A DNA stretch of 64,000 nt from assembly GCF_965641715.1 (NCBI RefSeq), contig NZ_OZ282453.1. One strand, written 5' to 3'. Shown here piece by piece: positions 10,123 to 22,324 of the stretch (positions are counted from its first letter, which is position 1; the number at the start of each line of letters is the position of its first letter). This DNA is from Escherichia coli. Lineage in GTDB: Bacteria; Pseudomonadota; Gammaproteobacteria; Enterobacterales; Enterobacteriaceae. The position numbers and the translations under genes were made by a program. A model generated the notes under the pieces. That model ran no database searches. It was not told where the DNA came from and was given only the letters and a program-made list of their open reading frames with translations.

Positions 10123-11613
10123 TCATGAACGGCTGTTTTTGTTCTGCTTATTGACATATAAACGCTCATCGGAAGCTTTATACGCATCATGTAACGTATC
10201 GTTTTCTTTCATCGCGTAAATACCGGAAGAGAAGCCGATCTCTTTCTGCGGCGCGATATGTTGCAGACGTTTTTCGATACGTTCAGGCAGTTGTGCTGCA
10301 ATTTGCGGCGTCGAATCGACAAGAATGATGCAGAATTCATCGCCACCGAGTCGGATGGCATAATCACTTTTACGAATCGATTGTTTAATCGCCTGAGCTA
10401 ACAACGTAATCGCTAAATCCCCTTCCTGATGACCGAGGGTGTCATTTATTAGCTTTAACTTGTCCATGTCAATTGCAATAAACATCACCGAAGAACCGGA
10501 TTGCACCAGTTTCTGCAACCGCTGCTCCAGTTCAGGGGTTAAAATTTTGCGATTATACAGTCCAATCATCGCATCACTAATATTTTCTCGCGACACATTT
10601 TGGTATAAACGGAAGTGCATCCGGACCATATTCAGCAAAATTAACGCCGTCAAAATCCAGAACAGAACGCTTTTCCACGAAGACGTGATAAAGTAAAGAA
10701 TATCAATGGATAACGAGACACGAATGCCGCCCGGTAAGTCATGGACGTAACTGACATACTGGAACAGATTATCTTCGCTCTGGTTGATGATAATGTCGCG
10801 CCCCGAATCTGTATCGGTTAGCGTGACATTGAGAAAACGCCAGAGGAGAGGGCGGTCATGAGTGTAAAAGATATTCCGCAGATTGTTTTTGTTAATATCC
10901 AGCAGCACAATCCCTTTTAGCTGCCCTGCAACATACACCGGCGTCAGCAAACTCATCACGTTCTGTTTAGTACGCTGATCCTGGTAAATGCTCGACAATA
11001 CGGTACGCCCGGTAAATACCTTTTCAATATCTTTGCGATCGATGCCAATACTTCCTGACTGCAGGAAGGACCAGTTATTCATCGCAAAGTATTCAACATT
11101 AACCGGCTCATAAAAATAGACATAGCGGTCATTGAGATCGAGATAATAGTGAAATTTCTCTTCGGCCATCCCAAGACCTGAACCGTAATCATCCTGGTGG
11201 CGGTTGCCTTCCACTGCCTGATCAAAAGCGGGTAATAGTGCTGCAGCTTCCACAATTGTGTCGCAGTCAGTGGATGCGGTTTGTAGTGTGCCGCGTAAGC
11301 CCGGGTATTTATGGGCAGTCAGGTTTAAGCCATGGGTATTATTGGCAGACTCAAAAGCCTCGCAGATGGCGCGCCGCTGTTCTGGCGACACTTCCGACTG
11401 CTCAGCAGCGAGAGCGCGCATCACATGCGCGGCAATACTCTGATTCTGATACTTATCATAAAGAAAGGAGGAGTCTGCTTTCTGCACGATATAGCGCAGA
11501 TAGGCACTCATTGCTCTGTCGCTGGCGACAAGTTCAAAAATAAGGAAGGAAGATGTCAGCACAATGACACTTGCGGCGATAAAATGCCGGAGCATTCTAT
11601 GGTGCAATTTCAT
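10123..11613 (-). CDS. dgcJ: Membrane diguanylate cyclase with periplasmic sensor domain and GGDEF domain
   Basis: ORF 10123-11793 trimmed to the ATG at 11613 (496 aa, MKLHHRMLRHF...); RLGGDEF motif. Confidence 0.9.
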   Translation of the reverse strand: MKLHHRMLRHFIAASVIVLTSSFLIFELVASDRAMSAYLRYIVQKADSSFLYDKYQNQSIAAHVMRALAAEQSEVSPEQRRAICEAFESANNTHGLNLTAHKYPGLRGTLQTASTDCDTIVEAAALLPAFDQAVEGNRHQDDYGSGLGMAEEKFHYYLDLNDRYVYFYEPVNVEYFAMNNWSFLQSGSIGIDRKDIEKVFTGRTVLSSIYQDQRTKQNVMSLLTPVYVAGQLKGIVLLDINKNNLRNIFYTHDRPLLWRFLNVTLTDTDSGRDIIINQSEDNLFQYVSYVHDLPGGIRVSLSIDILYFITSSWKSVLFWILTALILLNMVRMHFRLYQNVSRENISDAMIGLYNRKILTPELEQRLQKLVQSGSSVMFIAIDMDKLKLINDTLGHQEGDLAITLLAQAIKQSIRKSDYAIRLGGDEFCIILVDSTPQIAAQLPERIEKRLQHIAPQKEIGFSSGIYAMKENDTLHDAYKASDERLYVNKQNKNSRS

Positions 11614-11793
11614 GATAAATGGCACTCCTTCGGTTAGTGAAACGAGAAAACCAGATAAAGTTCGATTGCGGCCTGGCACAGGGGCGCTAATTATACTCAT
11701 CTCTGCGCCGCTGGGGAGGGGAAATTTAGGGGTAATAGTAATAAATTGTATGCAAAAGCCACGCAAAAAGCATGGCTCTGAATATTTTTGCAC

Positions 11794-13269
11794 TTAAATA
11801 TGATGAATAATCACTTTGTTGCCCCCCTCGCTTTTCGCTTCGCGTAAGGCTTTATCTGCTTCCGTCATGACAAGCGAGATATTACGCGTGTCACCCGTTG
11901 AAAAAACCGTGCCAATACTGATGGTCATTTGTTCAGGAACATCATATCTGTTACTAAAGCCGGTCAGGAGTTCGACATTTTTACGCATACGTTCCGCAAT
12001 GATTTTTGCCTGGGCACTATTGAGTTCGGTAAATAGCAAGCCAAACACCTCACCCTCCAGTCGCGCTAAAATATCATCGGGGCGGATGCTTTGCTGGATA
12101 ATATCGACAATTGAAACCAGCACTTTATCACCCACACGATGTCCCCATTGGGCATTGATGCGTTTGAACTGATTAATATCAACCAGCATGACACAGAAGT
12201 CCTTAACAACAGGTCGCGACAATAATGACTCTACGCTGTTGAAAAAGTAGCGCCGATTGTAAATATTGGTCAGCACATCATGAACTGCCAGTTTGCTGGA
12301 GAGTTGCAGCTCCTGAAAAATGTTATAAATCAGAAAAGACACAACAAACAGTTTACTGGAGACTTCAATCCCGCGACTGATATACCAGATGGTATAATTA
12401 TACTCATCCAGAGTCAGTAGAAGTAAGTTGCAGCATAGCGATGCCAGACATAATAATGCTATTAACGGCCATAGTTCGCTGGCTAATCGTGTACGCATGA
12501 TAATAAAGAACAGTAAAAATGCCCACAGACAAACCAATATTTTTGTATAGTTGATTCCCCAGGTCGCAGTATGGTTGTCCGGACAGTAATCGACGACATA
12601 CAAAGAATAGTCAGCGTTATAACTGCTCAGATTGTGTGCCAGAAGGGGAAAAACTAAAAAAGGAATCAGCGCCAGCAACAGAATGCCAGTTTTTTTCTTA
12701 TTGTTGTCAAGGATGTTGTCTTTTCCATAACAAAAGAGCGCCAGCGAGGTTAAACAAATAAAACTGAGTTGGCGGAAAATATAGAAAATAGAAACATCAT
12801 TCGACTTTGTCTGGATCAGTGTACTGCCGTTAATTGGTTTATGGATAATTACAATGGTTTCAACTAAATAGATAAGGCCACTTAAAAATGCAAGGCTTAA
12901 AATGAGTGTTGGTAAAATTTGTTTGTTAGTGAAATATTTCATTAACATGAAAAGAAAAATGACGGCGTTAAGGAAAAACAAAGCCACAACAACCATCAGG
13001 TAATTCATCTGTGGGATGAGTTTTACATTTGTGTTTTCGTTATATAAGGTAGTAATGCAAAATAAAATTAACGTCAGCAATAAACTGAAAATAAAAAAGC
13101 TTTGAGCTTTTAATTTTTGTGTACCCATAGAAACCATAAAAAGGAGAGCAATGTGAGTGCTGGATTTTATTGATGGCAGAGATATATGGTTTTGACCAGG
13201 ATCAATTTTCGTTAACGATAAAAAATATTTAAAGAATAACCCCATGGAAATACGTGTTGACTGAATCAT
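11794..13269 (-). CDS. cdgI: Membrane protein with degenerate GGDEF domain (c-di-GMP binding, CdgI)
   Basis: 491-aa ORF; multi-TM N-terminal half; C-terminal GGDEF fold whose motif reads EGEVF instead of GGDEF; AT-rich. Confidence 0.85.
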   Translation of the reverse strand: MIQSTRISMGLFFKYFLSLTKIDPGQNHISLPSIKSSTHIALLFMVSMGTQKLKAQSFFIFSLLLTLILFCITTLYNENTNVKLIPQMNYLMVVVALFFLNAVIFLFMLMKYFTNKQILPTLILSLAFLSGLIYLVETIVIIHKPINGSTLIQTKSNDVSIFYIFRQLSFICLTSLALFCYGKDNILDNNKKKTGILLLALIPFLVFPLLAHNLSSYNADYSLYVVDYCPDNHTATWGINYTKILVCLWAFLLFFIIMRTRLASELWPLIALLCLASLCCNLLLLTLDEYNYTIWYISRGIEVSSKLFVVSFLIYNIFQELQLSSKLAVHDVLTNIYNRRYFFNSVESLLSRPVVKDFCVMLVDINQFKRINAQWGHRVGDKVLVSIVDIIQQSIRPDDILARLEGEVFGLLFTELNSAQAKIIAERMRKNVELLTGFSNRYDVPEQMTISIGTVFSTGDTRNISLVMTEADKALREAKSEGGNKVIIHHI

Positions 13270-13415
13270 TTTTCCGAATGATTGTTTTCTGGAACTAAAT
13301 TATGTAAAGGTTATGCTGTCATATTTAAAGCGATTGTAAGCTAATGTATGTAATAAATGAGATAATTTACAGTAAGCTAAAAATCAGCCAGGCGATAATG
13401 ACCCGGCTGATAGTT

Positions 13416-14711
<1,296 letters not shown>

Positions 14712-14811
14712 CTACATTTGCCAACTGTATGCTACGCCTGTGTTGCCGCTTCTCAGGCCCACGGTTCGCTGTCGTTGTAGGCCCGGTAGCATGTGTACCG
14801 GGCCAGGGTTG

Positions 14812-16746
14812 TTAAGACGATTTACGTACGCGCAAATACCATTCGCACAGTAAACGCACCTGTTTACGGGTGTAGCCTTTTTCCATCATACGGTCGACAA
14901 AGTCGTCGTGTTTCTTCTGCTCGTCGGTTGACGTTTTGGCGTTAAACGAGATAACCGGCAACAGCTCCTCGGTATTGGAGAACATTTTCTTCTCGATAAC
15001 CGTGCGCAGTTTTTCATAGCTGGTCCAGTTCGGATTGCGTCCGCTGTTATTCGCTCTGGCGCGCAGTACGAAGTTAACAATCTCGTTGCGGAAATCTTTT
15101 GGATTACTGATCCCCGCCGGTTTCTCGATTTTCTCCAGCTCGGCGTTAAGAGACTCGCGGTCAAACAGCTGCCCGGTATCCGGATCGCGATACTCCTGAT
15201 CCTGAATCCAGAAATCCGCGTAGGTAACATAACGGTCGAAAATGTTTTGCCCATATTCGGAATAGGATTCAAGGTAGGCCGTCTGGATCTCTTTGCCAAT
15301 AAACTCGGCATATTTCGGGATCAGATAACCTTTCAGGAACTCCAGATAGCGTTCTGCCTGCTCTTGTGGGAACTGCTCGCGCTCGATCTGCTGTTCCAGG
15401 ACGTAGAACAGATGGACCGGGTTTGCCGCCACTTCTACATGATCGAAGTTGAACACGCGGGAGAGGATCTTAAACGCAAAACGCGTCGACAGACCGTTCA
15501 TCCCTTCATCGACACCGGCGTAGTCACGATATTCCTGATACGACTTGGCTTTGGGATCGGTGTCTTTCAGACTTTCGCCATCATAAACCCGCATCTTTGA
15601 ATAAATGCTGGAGTTTTCTGGCTCTTTCAGGCGCGAAAGAATGGAAAAACGTGACAGTGTTTCGAGCGTGCCAGGGGCGCATGGGGCGTGAGTCAATTCA
15701 CTGTGATTAAGCAATTTCTCGTAGATTTTGATCTCTTCGGAAATGCGCAAGCAATACGGCACCTTCACGATGTAAACACGATCGAGGAAGGCTTCGTTGT
15801 TTTTGTTATTACGGAAAGTGACCCATTCGGACTCGTTCGAGTGGGCAAGAATAATCCCGTTGAACGGCAGGGCGGAGATACCTTCCGTCCCGTTGTAGTT
15901 ACCTTCCTGAGTGGCGGTTAACAAGGGATGCAGCACTTTAATCGGTGCTTTAAACATCTCAACGAATTCCATGATCCCCTGGTTGGCGCGGCACAGTGCG
16001 CCGGAATAGCCATAGGCGTCTGGGTCATTCTGCGCGTAGTGTTCGAGTTTACGAATATCCACTTTCCCTACCAGCGCGGAGATGTCCTGGTTGTTCTCAT
16101 CACCGGGCTCTGTTTTGGCGATGGCAATTTGTTGCAGAATTGACGGCCAGACCTTCACTACCCGGAACTTAGTGATATCGCCACCAAATTCATGCAGGCG
16201 TTTTGCCGCCCACGGCGACATGATGGTGCCGAGATAACGGCGAGGAATGCCATACTCTTTTTCCAGAATCTGCGCATCTTCCTGCGGATTGAAAAGACAG
16301 AACGGATGATCGTTGACCGGGCTACGCTCACCGTTGGCGCTCAATACATAAATCGGTACGAGCTGCATTAATGATTTCAGTCGCTCAGCAAGCGATGATT
16401 TACCCCCACCCACAGGCCCCAGCAGATACAGGATTTGTTTCTTCTCTTCCAGCCCCTGAGCCGCGTGTTTCAGATAAGAGACAATCTGTTCAATCGCGTC
16501 TTCCATGCCGTAAAACTCTTCAAACGCCGGATAACGTGCAATGACCCGGTTAGAAAAGAGTCGAGAAAGTCTGGGTTCCTGGGCTGTATCGACCATGACA
16601 GGCTCACCGATAGCCATCAATAGCCGCTCAGCCGCGTTGGCATAAGCACTGCGATCTTGCCGACAAGTGGTAAGAAACTCCTGCAGTGTGAACTCTTCGT
16701 CCTTGGCAGCTTCATATCGCTGGCGATAGTGATCGAATATATTCAT
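14812..16746 (-). CDS. yeaG: PrkA-family serine protein kinase
   Basis: 644-aa ORF with a P-loop GPVGGGKSS. Confidence 0.9.
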   Translation of the reverse strand: MNIFDHYRQRYEAAKDEEFTLQEFLTTCRQDRSAYANAAERLLMAIGEPVMVDTAQEPRLSRLFSNRVIARYPAFEEFYGMEDAIEQIVSYLKHAAQGLEEKKQILYLLGPVGGGKSSLAERLKSLMQLVPIYVLSANGERSPVNDHPFCLFNPQEDAQILEKEYGIPRRYLGTIMSPWAAKRLHEFGGDITKFRVVKVWPSILQQIAIAKTEPGDENNQDISALVGKVDIRKLEHYAQNDPDAYGYSGALCRANQGIMEFVEMFKAPIKVLHPLLTATQEGNYNGTEGISALPFNGIILAHSNESEWVTFRNNKNNEAFLDRVYIVKVPYCLRISEEIKIYEKLLNHSELTHAPCAPGTLETLSRFSILSRLKEPENSSIYSKMRVYDGESLKDTDPKAKSYQEYRDYAGVDEGMNGLSTRFAFKILSRVFNFDHVEVAANPVHLFYVLEQQIEREQFPQEQAERYLEFLKGYLIPKYAEFIGKEIQTAYLESYSEYGQNIFDRYVTYADFWIQDQEYRDPDTGQLFDRESLNAELEKIEKPAGISNPKDFRNEIVNFVLRARANNSGRNPNWTSYEKLRTVIEKKMFSNTEELLPVISFNAKTSTDEQKKHDDFVDRMMEKGYTRKQVRLLCEWYLRVRKSS

Positions 16747-17181
16747 GGTATGCCGTCCTTTCGTTTTTTAGCACAGGTTAAGAGCCGTTCATATGAATAG
16801 TAGAGGCTCCCGGAAGAGGTAAACTGAACGACGTCTCTTGCTAAAACACAGCAACTCTCATGCCATTTTATCGACGATGAGAACAACGTGCCCGGTGATA
16901 CACCTTCAAAATTAAGCGTAGATGGCAAATGGAAAACTTGCCTACACGGCTTTCTTAATTTCAATGGCATATCAACAACTCATCCATACATTTTGCATAA
17001 TTAATGTAAAGACTAGGCTCGCCAGTAACGCTAAATTCATTTGGCTGTAAGCGCGGTGTCATCCGCGTCAGGAAAATTAAACAGTTACTTTAAAAAATGA
17101 AAACGTAAAAAGGTTGGGTTTCGATGTATTGACGGGTAAACTTTGTCGCCCGCTAAACATTTGTTTAAGGAATGATTAATT

Positions 17182-17928
17182 GTGACCAAACTCAAACTTC
17201 TGGCACTTGGAGTGCTTATCGCAACGTCTGCAGGCGTAGCGCACGCTGAAGGTAAATTTTCCCTGGGCGCAGGCGTAGGTGTCGTTGAACACCCATATAA
17301 AGATTACGATACCGATGTTTACCCAGTACCGGTAATCAACTATGAAGGCGATAACTTCTGGTTCCGTGGCTTAGGTGGTGGTTACTACCTGTGGAATGAC
17401 GCAACGGATAAACTTTCAATTACCGCTTACTGGTCGCCGCTTTACTTCAAAGCTAAAGACAGTGGCGATCACCAAATGCGTCACCTGGATGACCGTAAGA
17501 GCACCATGATGGCTGGTCTGTCTTATGCTCACTTTACCCAGTACGGTTACCTGCGTACCACCCTGGCTGGCGATACCCTGGATAACAGCAACGGCATCGT
17601 CTGGGATATGGCCTGGTTGTATCGTTACACCAACGGTGGCCTGACCGTGACTCCGGGTATTGGTGTGCAGTGGAACAGCGAAAACCAGAACGAATACTAT
17701 TATGGCGTATCGCGCAAAGAGTCCGCTCGCAGCGGTCTGCGTGGCTATAATCCGAACGACAGCTGGAGCCCTTACCTGGAGCTGAGCGCCAGCTACAACT
17801 TCCTCGGCGACTGGAGTGTTTACGGTACCGCGCGCTATACCCGTCTGTCTGATGAAGTTACTGACAGCCCGATGGTGGATAAATCCTGGACTGGCCTGAT
17901 TTCTACCGGGATCACCTACAAATTCTGA
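17182..17928 (+). CDS. mipA: Outer-membrane MltA-interacting scaffold protein
   Basis: 248-aa ORF with a GTG start and signal peptide; beta-barrel-like aromatic C-terminus (ITYKF). Confidence 0.9.
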   Translation: MTKLKLLALGVLIATSAGVAHAEGKFSLGAGVGVVEHPYKDYDTDVYPVPVINYEGDNFWFRGLGGGYYLWNDATDKLSITAYWSPLYFKAKDSGDHQMRHLDDRKSTMMAGLSYAHFTQYGYLRTTLAGDTLDNSNGIVWDMAWLYRYTNGGLTVTPGIGVQWNSENQNEYYYGVSRKESARSGLRGYNPNDSWSPYLELSASYNFLGDWSVYGTARYTRLSDEVTDSPMVDKSWTGLISTGITYKF

Positions 17929-17959
17929 TAATGCATCTTTCCAGGGCATTTTGTGCATA

Positions 17960-17985
17960 AAAACAGGGCGTCACGCCCTGTTTTG
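17960..17985 (+). terminator. Rho-independent terminator after mipA
   Basis: Hairpin cagggcg-tca-cgccctg followed by tttt. Confidence 0.6.
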
Positions 17986-18017
17986 CATTACGGTGGTGCA
18001 ATACCTGGGAGGAAACA

Positions 18018-18872
18018 ATGCAACAAAAAATGATTCAATTTAGTGGCGATGTCTCACTGCCAGCCATAGGGCAGGGAACATGGTATATGGGCGAAGATGC
18101 CAGTAAGTGTAAAACAGAAGTTGCTGCACTACGCGCGGGCATTGAGCTCGGTTTAACCCTCATTGATACCGCCGAAATGTATGCCGATGGTGGTGCCGAA
18201 AAGGTGGTTGGGGAAGCATTAACCGGTCTGCGTGATAACGTCTTTCTCGTCTCTAAAGTCTATCCGTGGAATGCTGGCGGGCAAAAAGCGATAAATGCAT
18301 GCGAAGCCAGTTTACGCCGTCTCAATACTGATTATCTCGATCTCTACTTATTACACTGGTCTGGCAGTTTCGCTTTTGAAGAGACTGTCGCAGCGATGGA
18401 AAAATTGATCGCCCAGGGAAAAATCCGCCGCTGGGGCGTTTCGAACCTTGATTATGCTGATATGCAGGAACTCTGGCAGCTGCCGGGGGGAAATCAGTGT
18501 GCCACTAATCAGGTGCTTTACCATCTCGGTTCACGAGGGATTGAGTACGATCTACTCCCCTGGTGCCAGCAACAGCAGATGCCGGTGATGGCTTACAGTC
18601 CGTTAGCCCAGGCCGGGCGGTTGCGCAATGGACTGTTAAAAAACGCGGTAGTCAACGAAATTGCACATGCTCACAATATCAGCGCGGCACAAGTATTGTT
18701 GGCGTGGGTAATCAGCCATCAGGGTGTGATGGCGATTCCAAAAGCGGCCACGATTGCCCATGTCCAACAGAATGCGGCTGTGCTTGAGGTCGAACTTTCG
18801 TCAGCGGAATTAGCCATGCTGGATAAAGCGTATCCGGCACCAAAAGGAAAAACTGCGCTGGATATGGTGTGA
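18018..18872 (+). CDS. yeaE: Aldo-keto reductase (methylglyoxal reductase)
   Basis: 284-aa AKR-family ORF. Confidence 0.9.
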   Translation: MQQKMIQFSGDVSLPAIGQGTWYMGEDASKCKTEVAALRAGIELGLTLIDTAEMYADGGAEKVVGEALTGLRDNVFLVSKVYPWNAGGQKAINACEASLRRLNTDYLDLYLLHWSGSFAFEETVAAMEKLIAQGKIRRWGVSNLDYADMQELWQLPGGNQCATNQVLYHLGSRGIEYDLLPWCQQQQMPVMAYSPLAQAGRLRNGLLKNAVVNEIAHAHNISAAQVLLAWVISHQGVMAIPKAATIAHVQQNAAVLEVELSSAELAMLDKAYPAPKGKTALDMV

Positions 18873-18915
18873 TGTTGATACGTGCCGGATGCATCGCACC
18901 CGGCACACAACATTA
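18873..18915. repeat. REP-like palindrome between yeaE and yeaD
   Basis: gtgccggatgcatcgcacccggcac dyad in the convergent intergenic region. Confidence 0.35.
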
Positions 18916-18922
18916 ACGCAAA

Positions 18923-19807
18923 TTAACGTTTCGCAACGCGAATGGATTGCGCCAGATGTGCAGGTTTCTCTTTGGTCACTTTTTGCGTTTCTGAAGCGTA
19001 AGCCGTTTCTACACAAACAAATGTTTTGTAGCCATCATCCGGCATATCGCCCATGCTAACTGAAAGCGCCGGTCCCGGGTTCCAGCCTACAACGTTCAGA
19101 TGATGCTGGTGGCCTACGGCGATAATACGATTCAGCGCTTCATCATTAATCACGCTGCAATCTTGCGGATTCAGATACACGCGATCGGTACGGTCAGGGA
19201 AGGTCTGAATACCGTCGGTCAGTACATCTTCTTTCGCGTCATTTACTTTATCAATGAAGCGATAGCCCAGCCCACTGACGCTTACCTTAGCGATATCACC
19301 CACGTTAAAGTAGGTATGCAGGGCAGAGGTGGTTTCAAATTCGCCATGTGATTCAAGATCGATTTCACAGGTTTTACCCACGCGGAAATGCGCTAACAGC
19401 GTAAAGTCGTGCGGCCAGAATTTTTTCGTCTCTTCGCTTTGTGTCAATTCAAAAGTCAGCGCTACGCCATCAGCATCTTCATGATGTGATTTCAGCGTCC
19501 ACGGCAGGTTGCGGGCAAAACCGTGCGCAGGCAGACCTTGTTGTGCAGCCGGACCAAACCACGGCCAGCAAACCGGTACGCCACCGCGAATAGCGACGCC
19601 ATTTTTGAACGGTGTGTTGTTGCTCAACCACAGAACTTCTTCTTCACCCGCAGGTTTCCACGAGAGAAGGTGTGCGCCCTGTAATGCAAAAGAGGCTTTT
19701 ACCTGGGGATGATCGACCACAATGAGGTCCAGTTCATCCAGTTTACGACGGGAGAGGACAGGGGAGATTTGTTCGATGACCGGAAGGGCAAAAATTTTCT
19801 TAATCAT
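18923..19807 (-). CDS. yeaD: Glucose-6-phosphate 1-epimerase (hexose-6-phosphate mutarotase)
   Basis: ORF 18923-19828 trimmed to the internal ATG at 19807 (294 aa, MIKKIFALP...). Confidence 0.9.
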   Translation of the reverse strand: MIKKIFALPVIEQISPVLSRRKLDELDLIVVDHPQVKASFALQGAHLLSWKPAGEEEVLWLSNNTPFKNGVAIRGGVPVCWPWFGPAAQQGLPAHGFARNLPWTLKSHHEDADGVALTFELTQSEETKKFWPHDFTLLAHFRVGKTCEIDLESHGEFETTSALHTYFNVGDIAKVSVSGLGYRFIDKVNDAKEDVLTDGIQTFPDRTDRVYLNPQDCSVINDEALNRIIAVGHQHHLNVVGWNPGPALSVSMGDMPDDGYKTFVCVETAYASETQKVTKEKPAHLAQSIRVAKR

Positions 19808-19837
19808 GACGCAGTCCTTTAACTTCATTTTATCAGG

Positions 19838-19870
19838 TAAAAAAAAGAGCGACCGAAGTCGCTCTTTTTA
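19838..19870 (-). terminator. Rho-independent terminator after gapA (sequence-symmetric)
   Basis: Hairpin aagagcgac-cgaa-gtcgctctt flanked by an A-run and a T-run. Confidence 0.75.
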
Positions 19871-19890
19871 GATCACAGTGTCATCTCAAC

Positions 19891-20898
<1,008 letters not shown>

Positions 20899-21227
20899 CT
20901 ATTTGTTAGTGAATAAAAGGTTGCCTGTAAAATTACAAAAACCTTACGCAGCGTCAAGCGGAATCGTGTCAATCATTGCGACAAATCAATCCTGTGCCTA
21001 AGCATTACGCGACTGACTCGCCTCACTCTTCCTTTGGGCTTGAGACCACATGGGGTCGGCGCCCCGAATTTTAAAGGGCAATTACGATAAAAATGTGATT
21101 TTCATCACGATTTAGGTGCAGCCATTTCGTCGAGATCAAGTTTAGGACAAAATTTTGCCAGTTGGTGTTAATGTTTTGTTAGAATCAGTCACGTAATGTG
21201 AGCACGATTAAAGTGAGATGTGAGCAA

Positions 21228-21641
21228 ATGGCTAATAAACCTTCGGCAGAAGAACTGAAAAAAAATTTGTCCGAGATGCAGTTTTACGTGACGCAGAATC
21301 ATGGGACAGAGCCGCCATTTACGGGTCGTTTACTGCATAACAAGCGTGACGGCGTATATCACTGTTTGATCTGCGATGCCCCGCTGTTTCATTCCCAAAC
21401 CAAGTATGATTCCGGCTGTGGCTGGCCCAGTTTCTACGAACCGGTAAGTGAAGAATCCATTCGTTATATCAAAGACTTGTCACATGGAATGCAGCGCATA
21501 GAAATTCGTTGCGGTAACTGTGATGCCCATCTGGGGCATGTCTTCCCTGATGGGCCGCAGCCAACGGGCGAACGTTATTGTGTTAACTCTGCCTCTTTAC
21601 GCTTTACCGATGGCGAAAACGGCGAAGAAATCAACGGTTGA
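21228..21641 (+). CDS. msrB: Methionine-(R)-sulfoxide reductase
   Basis: ORF 21198-21641 trimmed to the ATG at 21228 (137 aa, [10 protein letters not shown]...); zinc-binding CxxC pairs. Confidence 0.9.
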
Positions 21642-21682
21642 AAAAACGATTCAGCAACTTATTCCACAGGAGCGGAAAAATT

Positions 21683-21955
21683 ATGAATCTTGATGACATT
21701 ATCAACAGCATGACGCCTGAGGTATACCAGCGTTTGTCGACCGCCGTTGAACTGGGGAAATGGCCTGATGGCGTTGCGTTGACCGAGGAACAAAAAGAGA
21801 ACTGCCTGCAACTGGTGATGCTATGGCAAGCCCGCCATAATACCGAAGCACAGCATATGACAATTGACACAAATGGTCAGATGGTCATGAAGAGCAAACA
21901 GCAGTTAAAAGAAGATTTTGGTATCTCAGCAAAGCCTATTGCTATGTTTAAGTAA
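21683..21955 (+). CDS. yeaC: DUF1315 protein
   Basis: ORF 21638-21955 trimmed to the ATG at 21683 (90 aa, MNLDDIINSM...). Confidence 0.85.
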   Translation: MNLDDIINSMTPEVYQRLSTAVELGKWPDGVALTEEQKENCLQLVMLWQARHNTEAQHMTIDTNGQMVMKSKQQLKEDFGISAKPIAMFK

Positions 21956-22214
21956 GTGGTTTATCCCCTTTTTGCCGCGGCTATGAAGGGGATAGCCAAC
22001 AATGACCCCACGACTCATCTCAATTATCTCGCCATGACCTGGCTAAGTCCCAGTCCGATCTCTTGCCGTCGCGTTCACGCCTGAATGACTTCTCCTGAAC
22101 TTAAGTCTCAGACCTATTTGGCCGGTAATCCCTCTCAAATTTGCTCATTTTGCGTTCCGCCTTCCATCAACCTGTAACAGAACCAGCCATTTTCTGCGTA
22201 ATTGTGATCTGAGT

Positions 22215-22246
22215 TGTAAAACGCAGATCATTATCTGTGTTTTACA
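22215..22246. promoter_or_regulatory. Candidate operator palindrome upstream of ydjL
   Basis: Perfect 8-bp inverted repeat tgtaaaac-N16-gttttaca about 80-110 bp upstream of the ydjL start. Confidence 0.3.
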
Positions 22247-22324
22247 GATTTAATGTTGACCTCAAAAATCATGTGGGTAAGTATGATGACCATCTAAGCA
22301 AAACAAAACACAGAGGATGACGCA

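Noticed and set aside
10123-11793. N-terminally extended versions of several ORF-track entries (e.g. 556-aa yeaJ, 385-aa ansA, 666-aa sppA, 384-aa yeaP, 383-aa ynjI)
   Set aside because: The extensions arise from in-frame upstream codons running through intergenic or promoter DNA. Internal starts give the expected protein lengths and N-termini, so the shorter calls were used.
16747-17181. Possible sigma-54 promoter in the yeaG-mipA divergent intergenic region
   Set aside because: tggca-containing segments are present but none has the required GG-N10-GC spacing on either strand. yeaG regulation cannot be assigned from sequence alone.
21956-21995. Hairpin after yeaC as a rho-independent terminator
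   Set aside because: The stem tatcccctt/aaggggata is separated by a 16-nt loop and not followed by a T-tract; too weak to call.
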